NCBI GenBank assembly: GCA_040954595.2
Contig: CM082593.2
Location: 9,557,200-9,621,199 of the forward strand
Reading direction: 5' to 3'
Length of the DNA: 64,000 nucleotides
DNA from: Balanoglossus misakiensis
Lineage: Eukaryota > Animalia > Hemichordata
Shown in pieces: positions 12,242 to 25,210 of the stretch. The translations under genes and the position numbers were made by a program. The notes beneath the pieces were generated by a model. That model saw only the letters and a program-made list of their open reading frames with translations. It did no database searches and was not told the origin of the DNA. Numbering within the stretch: position 1 is the first letter of the stretch; every line of letters begins with the position of its first letter.

Positions 12242-13031
12242 ACGTTTTCGTGATTGCCAAATCTGAGTGGCCAGGAAGACTTTGGCGGTACTCAACAACA
12301 ATACTGGTGAAATAATCATTGAAGGCGTCTGCAATGTCTTTGTGATTCGACAGTGTTCTGTTATTGGAAGTGATGCGAGGACTTTGCGAACAGGCGTTAT
12401 CATTTGAAAGAATGTCATGTACAGTACGCCATACAACAGTTGGATTACTGGAATTTGCAGAAAAAATACTTCTATAGTAGCGACGCTTCTCGGTGGTTAT
12501 AAAGTGAACTTCCTTATTTCTTAGTGTTCTATACATACTCCAGTCATCATGCGAGTTGGAACGCACGGCTTTATCGAGATGAAAGTCTCTAACATGAATT
12601 AGCTCCAAAATCTCCGAAGAAAACCATGGTGGTTGTCGTAGCCGCTTCACCCTTCGAACAACTCTTGGTGCATGCGTATTGCAGATGTCATTAAAAGAAG
12701 TTGCCCAGTCCATAAACGCAGTATTTACATCGTCTGTATGACAATAAGACTCAAAAGCAGAGTTTAAGTCATCGATAAAGCTGTTTGCATGAAAGTTTCG
12801 AAAATGCCTACTGGTAACATAAATATGTGAGCCCGTATTACAATTGTTGGCATGGTAACGTCGTATAACACAAACAGGATAGTGGTCGGAAAGACCAACC
12901 TTAGGGATACAGGTTCTCGAAATGTTACTAGGACTATTTACATAAATGTGATCAAGCAAGGTTCCCGATATGGGGCGAGTTACAGTGGTGACGAGTTGAC
13001 TAAAATTCATAGATTCCATACACTTATACAG
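12242..13031 (-). pseudogene. LINE ORF2, endonuclease C-terminus and linker
   Basis: SDH motif and PWF linker motif. Joins the RT part in frame (..SDLAITKT|WVNSQMSP..) once the BEL element and one TSD copy are removed. Confidence 0.9.
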
Positions 13032-16000
13032 ATGTAACGATGACATTGAATCTGATTCTTTGCATCAGGGTAAATGGCGTAGCAAGCTTTATGATGCATC
13101 AGGGTAGATAGTGATGCAAACACTTCACTTTGTCATGGGTATTAAATGCATATGGGGATTTCAGGTTGTTGAAAAATCTGTGGGTTAATACGTGTCCAAA
13201 AGCACTGTACTTTGACATTGCTAATGCAACGATGACATTGAATCTGATTCTTTGCATCAGGGTAAATGGCGTAGCAAGCTTTATGACGCATCAGGGTAGA
13301 TAGTGATGCAAACACTTCACTTTGACATGGGTATAAAATGCCTACAGGGGGATTTAAAGTTGTCTGTAAATCCCTGGGTTAATACGTGTCCAAAAACACT
13401 GTACTTTGACATTGCTAATGCAGCGATGACATTGAATCTGATTCTTTGCATCAGGGTAAATGGGGAAGCAAGGTTGATGATGCATCAGGGTAGATAGTGA
13501 TGCAAGCTCTGCACTTTGACATGTGTATAAAATGCCTACAGGGGGATTTAAAGTTGTCTGTAAATCCCTGGGTTAATACGTGGCTGAAAGCACTGTACTT
13601 TGACATTGCATATGCAATGGTGACATTGAATGGGATTCTTTGCATTAGGGCAAATGGCGAAGCAAGCTCAATGATGCATCAGAGTAGATGGTGATGCAAA
13701 CTCTGCACTTTCACATGGGTATTTAATGTTAAATGTAAATCCATAGGTTAATACGTGGCCAAAAGCACTCTAATTTGACATTGCTAATGGAACGATGACA
13801 TTGAATCTGATTCTTTGCATCAGGGCAAACGGCGAAGCAAGGTTGATGATGCATCAGGGTAGATAGTGATGCAATCACTTCACTTTGACATTGGTATTAA
13901 ATGCATATGGGGATTTCAAGTTGATGATAAATCCCTGGGTTAATACGTGTCCAAAAGCACTGTACTTTGACATTGCTAATGCAACGATGACATTGAATCT
14001 GATTCTTTGCATCAGGGTAAATGGCGTAGCAAGCTTTATGATGCATCAGGGTAGATAGTGATGCAAACACTTCACTTTGTCATGGGTATTAAATGCATAT
14101 GGGGATTTCAGGTTGTTGAAAAATCTGTGGGTTAATACGTGTCCAAAAGCACTGTACTTTGACATTGCTAATGCAACGATGACATTGAATCTCATTCTTT
14201 GCATCAGGGTAAATGGCGTAGCAAGCTTTATGACGCATCAGGGTAGATAGTGATGCAAACACTTCACTTTGACATGGGTATAAAAAGCCTACAGGGGGAT
14301 TTAAAGTTGTCTGTAAATCCCTGGGTTAATACGTGTCCAAAAACACTGTACTTTGACATTGCTAATGCAGCGATGACATTGAATCTGATTCTTTGCATCA
14401 GGGTAAATGGCGAAGCAAGGTTGATTATGCATCAGGGTAGATAGTGATGCAAGCTCTGCACTTTGACATGGGTATAAAATGCCTACAGGGGGATTTAAAG
14501 TTGTCTGTAAATCCCTTGGTTAATACGTGGCTGAAAGCACTGTACTTTGACATTGCATATGCAATGGTGACATTGAATGGGATTCTTTGCATTAGGGCAA
14601 ATGGCGAAGCAAGCTCAATGATGCATCAGAGTAGATGGTGATGCAAACTCTGCACTTTCACATGGGTATTTAATGTTAAATGTAAATCCATAGGTTAATA
14701 CGTGGCCAAAAGCACTCTAATTTGACATTGCTAATGCAACGATGACATTGAATCTGATTCTTTGCATCTGGGCAAATGGCGAAGCAAGGTTGATGATGCA
14801 TCAGGGTAGATAGTGATGCAATCACTTCACTTTGACATGGGTATTAAATGCATATGGGGATTTCAAGTTGATGATAAATCCCTGGGTTAATACGTGTCCA
14901 AAAGCACTGTACTTTGACATTGCTAATGTAACGATGACATTGAATCTGATTCTTTGCATCAGGGTAAATGGCGTAGCAAGCTTTATGATGCATCAGGGTA
15001 GATAGTGATGCAAACACTTCACTTTGACATGGGTATTAAATGCATATGGGGATTTCAGGTTGTTGAAAAATCTGTGGGTTAATACGTGTCGAAAAGCACT
15101 GTACTTTGACATTGCTAATGCAATGATGACATTGAATCTGATTCTTTGCATCAGGGTAAATGGCGTAGCAAGCTTTATGATGCATCAGGGTAGATAGTGT
15201 TGCAAACACTTCACTTTGACATGGGTATAAAATGCCTACAGGGGGATTTAAAGTTGTCTGTAAATCCCTGGGTTAATACGTGTCCAAAAGCACTGTACTT
15301 TGACATTGCTAATGCAACGATGACATTGAATCTGATTCTTTGCATCAGGGTAAATGGCGAAGCAAGGTTCATTATGCATCAGGGTAGATAGTGATGCAAG
15401 CTCTGCACTTTGACATGGTTATAAAATGCCTACAGGGGGATTTAAAGTTGTCTGTAAATCCCTGGGTTAATACGTGGCGGAAAGCACTGTACTTTGACAT
15501 TGCATATGCAATGGTGACATTGAATGGGATTCTTTGCATTAGGGCAAATGGCGAAGCAAGCTCAATGATGCATCAGAGTAGATGGTGATGCAAACTCTGC
15601 ACTTTCACATGGGTATTTAATGTTAAATGTAAATCCATAGGTTAATACGTGGCCAAAAGCACTCTAATTTGACATTGCTAATGGAACGATGACATTGAAT
15701 CTGATTCTTTGCATCAGGGCAAATGGCGAAGCAAGGTTGATGATGCATCAGAGTAGATGGTGATGCAAACTCTGCACTTTCACATGGGTATTTAATGTTA
15801 AATGTAAATCCATAGGTTAATACGTGGCCAAAAGCACTCTAATTTGACATTGCTAATGGAACGATGACATTGAATCTGATTCTTTGCATCAGGGCAAACG
15901 GCGAAGCAAGGTTGATGATGCATCAGGGTAGATAGTGATGCAATCACTTCACTTTGACATTGGTATTAAATGCATATGGGGATTTCAAGTTGATGATAAA

Positions 16001-19000
16001 TCCCTGGGTTAATACGTGTCCAAAAGCACTGTACTTTGACATTGCTAATGCAACAATGACATTGAATCTGATTCTTTGCATCAGGGTAAATGGCGTAGCA
16101 AGCTTTATGATGCATCAGGGTAGATAGTGATGCAAACACTTCACTTTGTCATGGGTATTAAATGCATATGGGGATTTCAGGTTGTTGAAAAATCTGTGGG
16201 TTAATACGTGTCCAAAAGCACTGTACTTTGACATTGCTAATGCAACGATGACATTGAATCTCATTCTTTGCATCAGGGTAAATGGCGTAGCAAGCTTTAT
16301 GACGCATCAGGGTAGATAGTGATGCAAACACTTCACTTTGACATGGGTATAAAAAGCCTACAGGGGGATTTAAAGTTGTCTGTAAATCCCTGGGTTAATA
16401 CGTGTCCAAAAACACTGTACTTTGACATTGCTAATGCAGCGATGACATTGAATCTGATTCTTTGCATCAGGGTAAATGGCGAAGCAAGGTTGATTATGCA
16501 TCAGGGTAGATAGTGATGCAAGCTCTGCACTTTGACATGGGTATAAAATGCCTACAGGGGGATTTAAAGTTGTCTGTAAATCCCTTGGTTAATACGTGGC
16601 TGAAAGCACTGTACTTTGACATTGCATATGCAATGGTGACATTGAATGGGATTCTTTGCATTAGGGCAAATGGCGAAGCAAGCTCAATGATGCATCAGAG
16701 TAGATGGTGATGCAAACTCTGCACTTTCACATGGGTATTTAATGTTAAATGTAAATCCATAGGTTAATACGTGGCCAAAAGCACTCTAATTTGACATTGC
16801 TAATGCAACGATGACATTGAATCTGATTCTTTGCATCTGGGCAAATGGCGAAGCAAGGTTGATGATGCATCAGGGTAGATAGTGATGCAATCACTTCACT
16901 TTGACATGGGTATTAAATGCATATGGGGATTTCAAGTTGATGATAAATCCCTGGGTTAATACGTGTCCAAAAGCACTGTACTTTGACATTGCTAATGTAA
17001 CGATGACATTGAATCTGATTCTTTGCATCAGGGTAAATGGCGTAGCAAGCTTTATGATGCATCAGGGTAGATAGTGATGCAAACACTTCACTTTGACATG
17101 GGTATTAAATGCATATGGGGATTTCAGGTTGTTGAAAAATCTGTGGGTTAATACGTGTCGAAAAGCACTGTACTTTGACATTGCTAATGCAATGATGACA
17201 TTGAATCTGATTCTTTGCATCAGGGTAAATGGCGTAGCAAGCTTTATGATGCATCAGGGTAGATAGTGTTGCAAACACTTCACTTTGACATGGGTATAAA
17301 ATGCCTACAGGGGGATTTAAAGTTGTCTGTAAATCCCTGGGTTAATACGTGTCCAAAAGCACTGTACTTTGACATTGCTAATGCAACGATGACATTGAAT
17401 CTGATTCTTTGCATCAGGGTAAATGGCGAAGCAAGGTTCATTATGCATCAGGGTAGATAGTGATGCAAGCTCTTCACTTTGACATGGTTATAAAATGCCT
17501 ACAGGGGGATTTAAAGTTGTCTGTAAATCCCTGGGTTAATACGTGGCGGAAAGCACTGTACTTTGACATTGCATATGCAATGGTGACATTGAATGGGATT
17601 CTTTGCATTAGGGCAAATGGCGAAGCAAGCTCAATGATGCATCAGAGTAGATGGTGATGCAAACTCTGCACTTTCACATGGGTATTTAATGTTAAATGTA
17701 AATCCATAGGTTAATACGTGGCCAAAAGCACTCTAATTTGACATTGCTAATGGAACGATGACATTGAATCTGATTCTTTGCATCAGGGCAAATGGCGAAG
17801 CAAGGTTGATGATGCATCAGGGTAGATAGTGATGCAATCACTTCACTTTGACATGGGTATTAAATGCATATGGGGATTTCAAGTTGATGATAAATCCCTG
17901 GGTTAATACGTGTCCAAAAGCACTGTACTTTGACATTGCTAATGTAACGATGACATTGAATATGATTCTTTGCATCAGGGTAAATGGCCTAGCAAGCTTT
18001 ATGATGCATCAGGGTAGATAGTGATGCAAACACTTCACTTTGACATGGGTATTAAATGCATATGGGGATTTCAGGTTGTTGAAAAATCTGTGGGTTAATA
18101 CGTGTCGAAAAGCACTGTACTTTGACATTGCTAATGCAATGATGACATTGAATCTGATTCTTTGCATCAGGGTAAATGGCGAAGCAAGGTTGATGATGCA
18201 TCAGGGTAGATAGTGATGCAAGCTCTGCACTTTGACATGGGTATAAAATGCCTACTGGGGGATTTAAAGTTGTCTGTAAATCCCTGGGTTGATACGTGGC
18301 GGAAAGCACTGTACTTGGACATTGCATATGCAATGGTGACATTGAATGGGATTCTTTGCATTAGGGCAAATGGCGTAGCAAGCTTTATGATGCATCAGGG
18401 TAGATAGTGATGCAAACACTTCACTTTGACATGGGTGTAAAATGCCTACAGGGGGATTTAAAGTTGTCTGTAAATCCCTGGGTTAATACGTGTCCAAAAG
18501 CACTGTACTTTGACATTGCTAATGCAACGATGACATTGAATCTGATTCTTTGCATCAGGGTAAATGGCGAAGCAAGGTTGATGATGCATCAGGGTAGATA
18601 GTGATGCAAGCTCTGCACTTTGACATGGGTATAAAATGTCTACTGGGGGATTTAAAGTTGTCTGTAAATCCCTGGGTTAATACGTGGCGGAAAGCACTGT
18701 ACTTGGACATTGCATATGCAATGGTGACATTGAATGGGATTCTTTGCATTAGGGCAAATGGCGAAGCAAGCTCAATGATGCATCAGAGTAGATGGTGATG
18801 CAAACTCTGCACTTTCACATGGGTATTTAATGTTAAATGTAAATCCATAGGTTAATACGTGGCCAAAAGCACTCTAATTTGACATTGCTAATGCAACGAT
18901 GACATTGAATCTGATTCTTTGCATCAGGGCAAATGGCGAATCAAGGTTGATGATGCATCAGGGTAGATAGTGATGCAATCGCTTCAATTTGACATGGGTA

Positions 19001-22000
19001 TTAAATGCATATGGGGATTTCAAGTTGATGATAAATCCCTGGGTTAATACGTGTCCAAAAGCACTGTACTTTGACATTGCTAATGTAACGATGACATTGA
19101 ATCTGATTCTTTGCATCAGGGTAAATGGCGTAGCAAGCTTTATGATGCATCAGGGTAGATAGTGATGCAAACACTTCACTTTGACATGGGTATTAAATGC
19201 ATATGGGGATTTCAGGTTGTTGAAAAATCTGTGGGTTAATTCGTGTCGAAAAGCACTGTACTTTGACATTGCTAATGCAATGATGACATTGAATCTGATT
19301 CTTTGCATCAGGGTAAATGGCGTAGCAAGCTTTATGATGCATCAGGGTAGATAGTGATGCAAACACTTCACTTTGACATGGGTATTAAATGCGTATGGGG
19401 ATTTCAGGTTGTTGAAAAATCTGTGGGTTAATACGTGTCGAAAAGCACTGTACTTTGACATTGCTAATGCAATGATGACATTGAATCTGATTCTTTGCAT
19501 CAGGGTAAATGGCGTAGCAAGCTTTATGATGCATCAGGGTAGATAGTGATGCAAACACTTCACTTTGACATGGGTATTAAATGCATATGGGGATTTCAGG
19601 TTGTTGAAAAATCTGTGGGTTAATACGTGTCGAAAAGCACTGTACTTTGACATTGCTAATGCAATGATGACATTGAATATGATTCTTTGCATCAGGGTAA
19701 ATGGCGTAGCAAGCTTTATGATGCATCAGGGTAGATAGTGTTGCAAACACTTCACTTTGACATGGGTATAAAATGCCTACAGGGGGATTTAAAGTTGTCT
19801 GTAAATCCCTGGGTTAATACGTGTCCAAAAGCACTGTACTTTGACATTGCTAATGCAACGATGACATTGAATCTGATTCTTTGCATCAGGGTAAATGGCG
19901 AAGCAAGGTTGATTATGCATCAGGGTAGATAGTGATGCAAGCTCTGCACTTTGACATGGGTTTAAAATGCCTACAGGGGGATTTAAAGTTGTCTGTAAAT
20001 CCCTGGGTTAATACGTGGCGGAAAGCACTGTACTTTGACATTGCATATGCAATGGTGGCATTGAATGGGATTCTTTGCATTAGGGCAAATGGCGAAGCAA
20101 GCTCAATGATGCATCAGAGTAGATGGTGATGCAAACTCTGCACTTTCACATGGGTATTTAATGTTAAATGTAAATCCATAGGTTAATACGTGGCCAAAAG
20201 CACTCTAATTTGACATTGCTAATGGAACGATGACATTGAATCTGATTCTTTGCATCAGGGCAAATGGCGAAGCAAGGTTGATGATGCATCAGGGTAGATA
20301 GTGATGCAATCACTTCACTTTGACATTGGTATTAAATGCATATGGGGATTTCAAATTGATGATAAATCCCTGGGTTAATACGTGTCCAAAAGCACTGTAC
20401 TTTGACATTGCTAATGCAACGATGACATTGAATCTGATTCTTTGCATCAGGGTAAATGGCGTAGCAAGCTTTATGATGCATCAGGGTAGATAGTGATGCA
20501 AACACTTCACTTTGACATGGGTATTAAATGCATATGGGGATTTCAGGTTGTTGAAAAATCTGTGGGTTAATACGTGTCCAAAAGCACTGTACTTTGACAT
20601 TGCTAATGCAACGATGACATTGAATCTGATTCTTTGCATCTGGGCAAATGGCGAAGCAAGGTTGATGATGCATCAGGGTAGATAGTGATGCAATCACTTC
20701 ACTTTGACATGGGTATTAAATGCAAATGGGGATTTCAGGTTGTTGAAAAATCTGTGGGTTAATACGTGTCCAAAAGCACTGTACTTTGACATTGCTAATG
20801 CAACGATGACATTGAATCTGATTCTTTGCATCAGGGTAAATGGCGTAGCAAGCTATATGACGCATCAGGGTAGATAGTGATGCAAACACTTCACTTTGAC
20901 ATGGGTATAAAATGCCTACAGGGGGATTTAAAGTTGTCTGTAAATCCCTGGGTTAATACGTGTCCAAAAGCACTGTACTTTGACATTGCTAATGCAGCGA
21001 TGACATTGAATCTGATTCTTTGCATCAGGGTAAATGGCGAAGCAAGGTTGATGATGCATCAGGGTAGATAGTGATGCAAGCTCTGCACTTTGACATGGGT
21101 ATAAAATGCCTACAGGGGGATTTAAAGTTGTCTGTAAATCCCTGGGTTAATACGTGGCTGAAAGCACTGTACTTTGACATTGCATATGCAATGGTGACAT
21201 TGAATGGGATTCTTTGCATTAGGGCAAATGGCGAAGCAAGCTCAATGATGCATCAGAGTAGATGGTGATGCAAACTCTGCACTTTGACATGGGTATTAAA
21301 TGCATATGGGGATTTCAGGTTGTTGAAAAATCTGTGGGTTAATACGTGTCCAAAAGCATTGTACTTTGACATTGCTAATGCAATGATGACATTGAATCTG
21401 ATTCTTTGCATCAGGGTAAATGGCGAAGCAAGGTTGATGATGCATCAGGGTAGATAGTGATGCAATCACTTCACTTTGACATGGGTATTAAATGAATATG
21501 GGGATTTCAAGTTGATGATAAATCCCTGGGTTAATACGTGTCCAAAAGCACTGTACTTTGACATTGCTAATGTAACGATGACATTGAATCTGATTCTTTG
21601 CATCAGGGCAAATGGCGAAGCAAGGTTGATGATGCATCAGGATAGATAGTGATGCAATCACTTCACTTTGACATGGGTATTAAATGCATATGGGGATTTC
21701 AAGTTGATGATAAATCCCTGGGTTAATACGTGTCCAAAAGCACTGTACTTTGACATTGCTAATGTAACGATGACATTGAATCTGATTCTTTGCATCAGGG
21801 TAAATGGCGTAGCAAGCTTTATGATGCATCAGGGTAGATAGTGATGCAAGCTCTGCACTTTGACATGGGTATAAAATGCCTACAGGGGGATTTAAAGGTG
21901 ACTGTAAATCCCTGGGTTAATACGTGGCGGAAAGCACTGTACTTTGACATTGCATATGCAATGGTGACATTGAATGGGATTCTTTGCATTAGGGCAAATG

Positions 22001-23016
22001 GCGAAGCAAGCTCAATGATGCATCAGAGTAGATGGTGATGCAAACTCTGCACTTTCACATGGGTATTTAATGTTAAATGTAAATCCATAGGTTAATACTT
22101 GGCCAAAAGCACTCTAATTTGACATTGCTAATGCAACGATGACATTGAATCTGATTCTTTGCATCAGGGCAAATGGCGAAGCAAGCTTTATGATGCATCA
22201 GGGTAGATGGTGATGCAAACACTTCACTTTGACATGGGTATTAAATGCATATGGGGATTTCAAGTTGTTGAAAAATCCGTAGGTTAATACGTGGCGGAAA
22301 GCACTGTACTTTGACATTGCTAATGCAATGGTGCCATTGAATGTGATTCTTTGCATTAGGGCAAATGGCGAAGCAAGCTTTATGATGCATCAGAGTAGAT
22401 GGTGATGCAAGCTCTGCACTTTGACATAGGTTTTCAATGCATATGCATGGGTATTTAAAATTGACTGTAAATCCCTGGGTTAATACATGGCCAAAAGCAC
22501 TGTAATTGCTAATGCAACAGTGATTTTAATTCTGATCTTTTGCATCAGGGTAAAAGGCGAAGCAAGCTTGATGATGCATCTGGGAAGATGGTGTTTCAAG
22601 CCCTTCACTTTGACATTGGAATATAATGCATAAGTGGATTTAAAGTTGATTGTAAATGCCCAGTTTAATACGTGTCCAAAAGCACTGTACTTTGACATTG
22701 CTAATGCAACGATGACATTGAATCTGATTCTTTGCATCAGGGTAAATGGCGAAGCAAGCTTGATGATGCATCAGGGTAGATAGTGATGCAATCACTACAC
22801 TTTGACATGGGTATTAAATGCATATGGGGATTTCAAGCTGATGATAAATCCCTGGGTTAATACGTGTCCAAAAGCACTGTAATTTGACATTGCTAATGCA
22901 ATGGTGACATTGGATGTGATTCTTTGCATTAGGGCAAATGGCGAAGCAAGCTCAATGATGCATCAGAGTAGATGGTGATGCAAACTCTGCACTTTCACAT
23001 GGGTATTTAATGTTAA
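13032..23016. repeat. Satellite DNA block 2 (HOR with variants, decaying after about 21 kb)
   Basis: Same monomers. Spacings of 947, 947, 1122, 947 between 13303, 14250, 15197, 16319 and 17266, then irregular monomer order and rising divergence. Confidence 0.97.
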
Positions 23017-23929
23017 AGTGAACCGACACCTTCCTTGTAGAGAGATTCTAATAAAATCTTTGTGAAAAACATGAGTGATTTGCGTCGTTTTTATTCACTT
23101 TCACTTATCGCGCAGCAGCGTAGCGACGATCTCGATATGCAGCGTGACGTCACAAACTAGTCACCAGTAGCAGACGCCACCGTGCGCACGCTAACGTACA
23201 CAGACAGTTGACATGGGTGGCTGCCTCGCAAGTGGGAGCAAAAACAGAGTTGGCAAAAACACGGCGAAAGGTTTTATAAAAGTTCCCGACCCTTCAGGGA
23301 CAGTCAAAATGCAAATCGAGCTGGAAATTGGGTGTCAAACATTGGCATATTATTTCGGTGCTTATTGCTGAGACAGATGATACTTTTGCTTCGGAAATGT
23401 TCGTGTTCAACTAGGCCCTATATCGTGAAGCATATTGCAAAAAAAAACTACACAGCAAAAATTGTCGAAACAGCCGGGACTCCTGATTACCTTTGATCAC
23501 CATATGACGAAACCGATTTTTTGGCACTGTAAATCAAAACTCTGATCGGAAGAAAGTAGTGTGGCGGAAATAGGCCTACTAGTGAACACTGTGTTTGTCG
23601 CGTACCCAAGCTGTGAATGCATCGCAAAACCATTTCCAAAGACAAAAACGACCACCTCTACCATCTGGAAGCACCACAGATGTACTCGAAACATGACAAT
23701 CGGAGTTTCTGCCTCCCTTTGATCAACAAAGCCGCATCTTTGCACAGCTGTTGATCAACGTAAAGGATGGCAGACACGTGTGGTAGACATTTTCGCGAGA
23801 GTGTCAATAGGTTTACTTTCTATTCTTTTGGGAAATCACGAGGGTGCCTATTATGACATGGGTGACTAAATGTCAAAAATTATCGCATGGCTTCGTGATA
23901 TGTCGTTCAAGTCTTTATCTAACGGCCTT

Positions 23930-24243
23930 GTCAAGAAATCTATTTCATGGCAGCACCGGCATTCCTTGACAGTAGAAATAACTTCGCATTTACCGCAGCG
24001 CAGCTACACCATGAGCGTGATGAAAGACGAAGCCGATCACTCTTCTCGATCGTCTTTGCTGTCTACACTTGCCTCTGTACTATTGGAATCAGTTTCACTT
24101 GAGTCGCCTACCATCTCATCGCTGCTGTATTCGGGTTCGTACAACAATCCGACGATATCTTCGTTTGAAAACTCCATATCGCGTGGTCGTTTTTGTCTTT
24201 GGAAATGGTTTTGCGATGCATTCACAGCTTGGGTACGCGACAA
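23930..24243 (-). pseudogene. Remnant of a P2X7-ballast/nanor-like (KolX-type) Cys-rich protein
   Basis: YEPEYS plus an acidic tract, then after a stop and frameshift WC.. CGKCEVISTVKECRCCHEID (hand translation of about 23938-24012). Confidence 0.65.
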
Positions 24244-24351
24244 AAACAGTGTTCACAAGTAGGACTATTTCCGCCACACTACTTTCTTCCGATCAGAGTT
24301 TTGATTTACAGTGCCAAAAATTCGGTTTCGTCATATGGTGATCAAAGGAAA

Positions 24352-24627
24352 TCAGGAGCCCCGGCTGTTTCGAAAATTTTTGCTGTGTAGTTTTTTTTTT
24401 GCAATATGCTTCACGATATAGGGCCTAGTTGAACACGAACATTTCCGAAGCAAAAGTATCATCTGTCTCAGCAATAAGCACCGAAATAATATGCCAATGT
24501 TTGACACCCATTTTTCAGCTCGATTTGCATTTTGACTGTCCACCGAAGGGTCGGGAACTTTTATAAAACCTTTCGCCGTGTTTTTGCCAACTCTGTTTTT
24601 GCTCCCACTTGCGAGGCAGCCAGCCAT
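24352..24627 (-). pseudogene. THAP-domain remnant in the TIR (mirror copy starts near 23213 on +)
   Basis: MAGCLASGSKNR..F.KVP....RAEKWVSNIG resembles the THAP N-terminus with the second Cys lost. Confidence 0.6.
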
Positions 24628-24824
24628 GTCAACTGTCTATGTACGTTAGCGTGCGCACGGTGGCGTCTGCTACTGGTGACTAGTTTGTGACGTCACACTG
24701 CATATCGAGATCGACGCTACGCTGCTGCGCGATAAGTGAAAGTGAATAAAAACGACGCAAATCACTCATGTTTTTCACAAAGATTTTATTAGGAATCTCT
24801 CTACAAGGAAGGTGTCGGTTCACT

Positions 24825-25210
24825 TTAAATGTAAATCCATAGGTTAATACTTGGCCAAAAGCACTCTAATTTGACATTGCTAATGCAACGATGACATTGA
24901 ATCTGATTCTTTGCATCAGGGCAAATGGCGAAGCAAGGTTTATGATGCATCAGGGTAGATAGTGATGCAATCACTTCACTTTGACATGGGTATTAAATGC
25001 ATATGTGGATTTCAAGTTGATTGTAAATGCCCAGTTTAATACGTGTCCAATTGCACTGTACTTCGACATTGCTAATGCAACGATGACATTGAATCTGATT
25101 CTTTGCATCAGGGCAAATTGCGAAGCAAGCTCAATGATGCATCAGAGTAGATGGTGATGCAAGCTCTGCACTTTGACATAGGTATTTAATGCATATGCAT
25201 GGGTATTTAA
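24825..25210. repeat. Terminal diverged satellite monomers
   Basis: Continues the interrupted 175-bp monomer (ATGTAAATCCATAGG...), then two more diverged monomers. Confidence 0.93.

Larger units (their letters stand above)
4061..13031 (-). mobile_element. 5'-truncated CR1/L2-group LINE inserted in the satellite and interrupted by a BEL element
   Basis: (ATT)n tail at 4061-4091. Endonuclease C-terminus (LLDHIYV..GLSDHYPV) and RT (GVPQGSILGPLLF, FADD). The satellite breaks at GACATTGCTAAT and resumes in register at 13032 (ATGTAACGATGAC) with only a 2-bp overlap. Confidence 0.93.
23017..24824. mobile_element. Non-autonomous Kolobok-type foldback DNA transposon with about 640-bp TIRs
   Basis: TTAA TSD (23013-23016 and 24825-24828) within a satellite monomer. 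Termini AGTGAACC..GGTTCACT are RR..YY (Kolobok), not the CC..GG of piggyBac. TIRs at 23017-23655 and 24183-24824. Confidence 0.88.

Noticed and set aside
544-22737. Dozens of 64-65 aa ORFs (MMQTLHFDMG.., MMQALHFDMG..)
   Set aside because: Chance open frames in the 194-bp satellite monomers. They start at GTG and are closed in the 192- and 175-bp monomers.
1-25210. CRISPR array
   Set aside because: The whole unit repeats, with no unique spacers and no cas genes, in a eukaryotic context.
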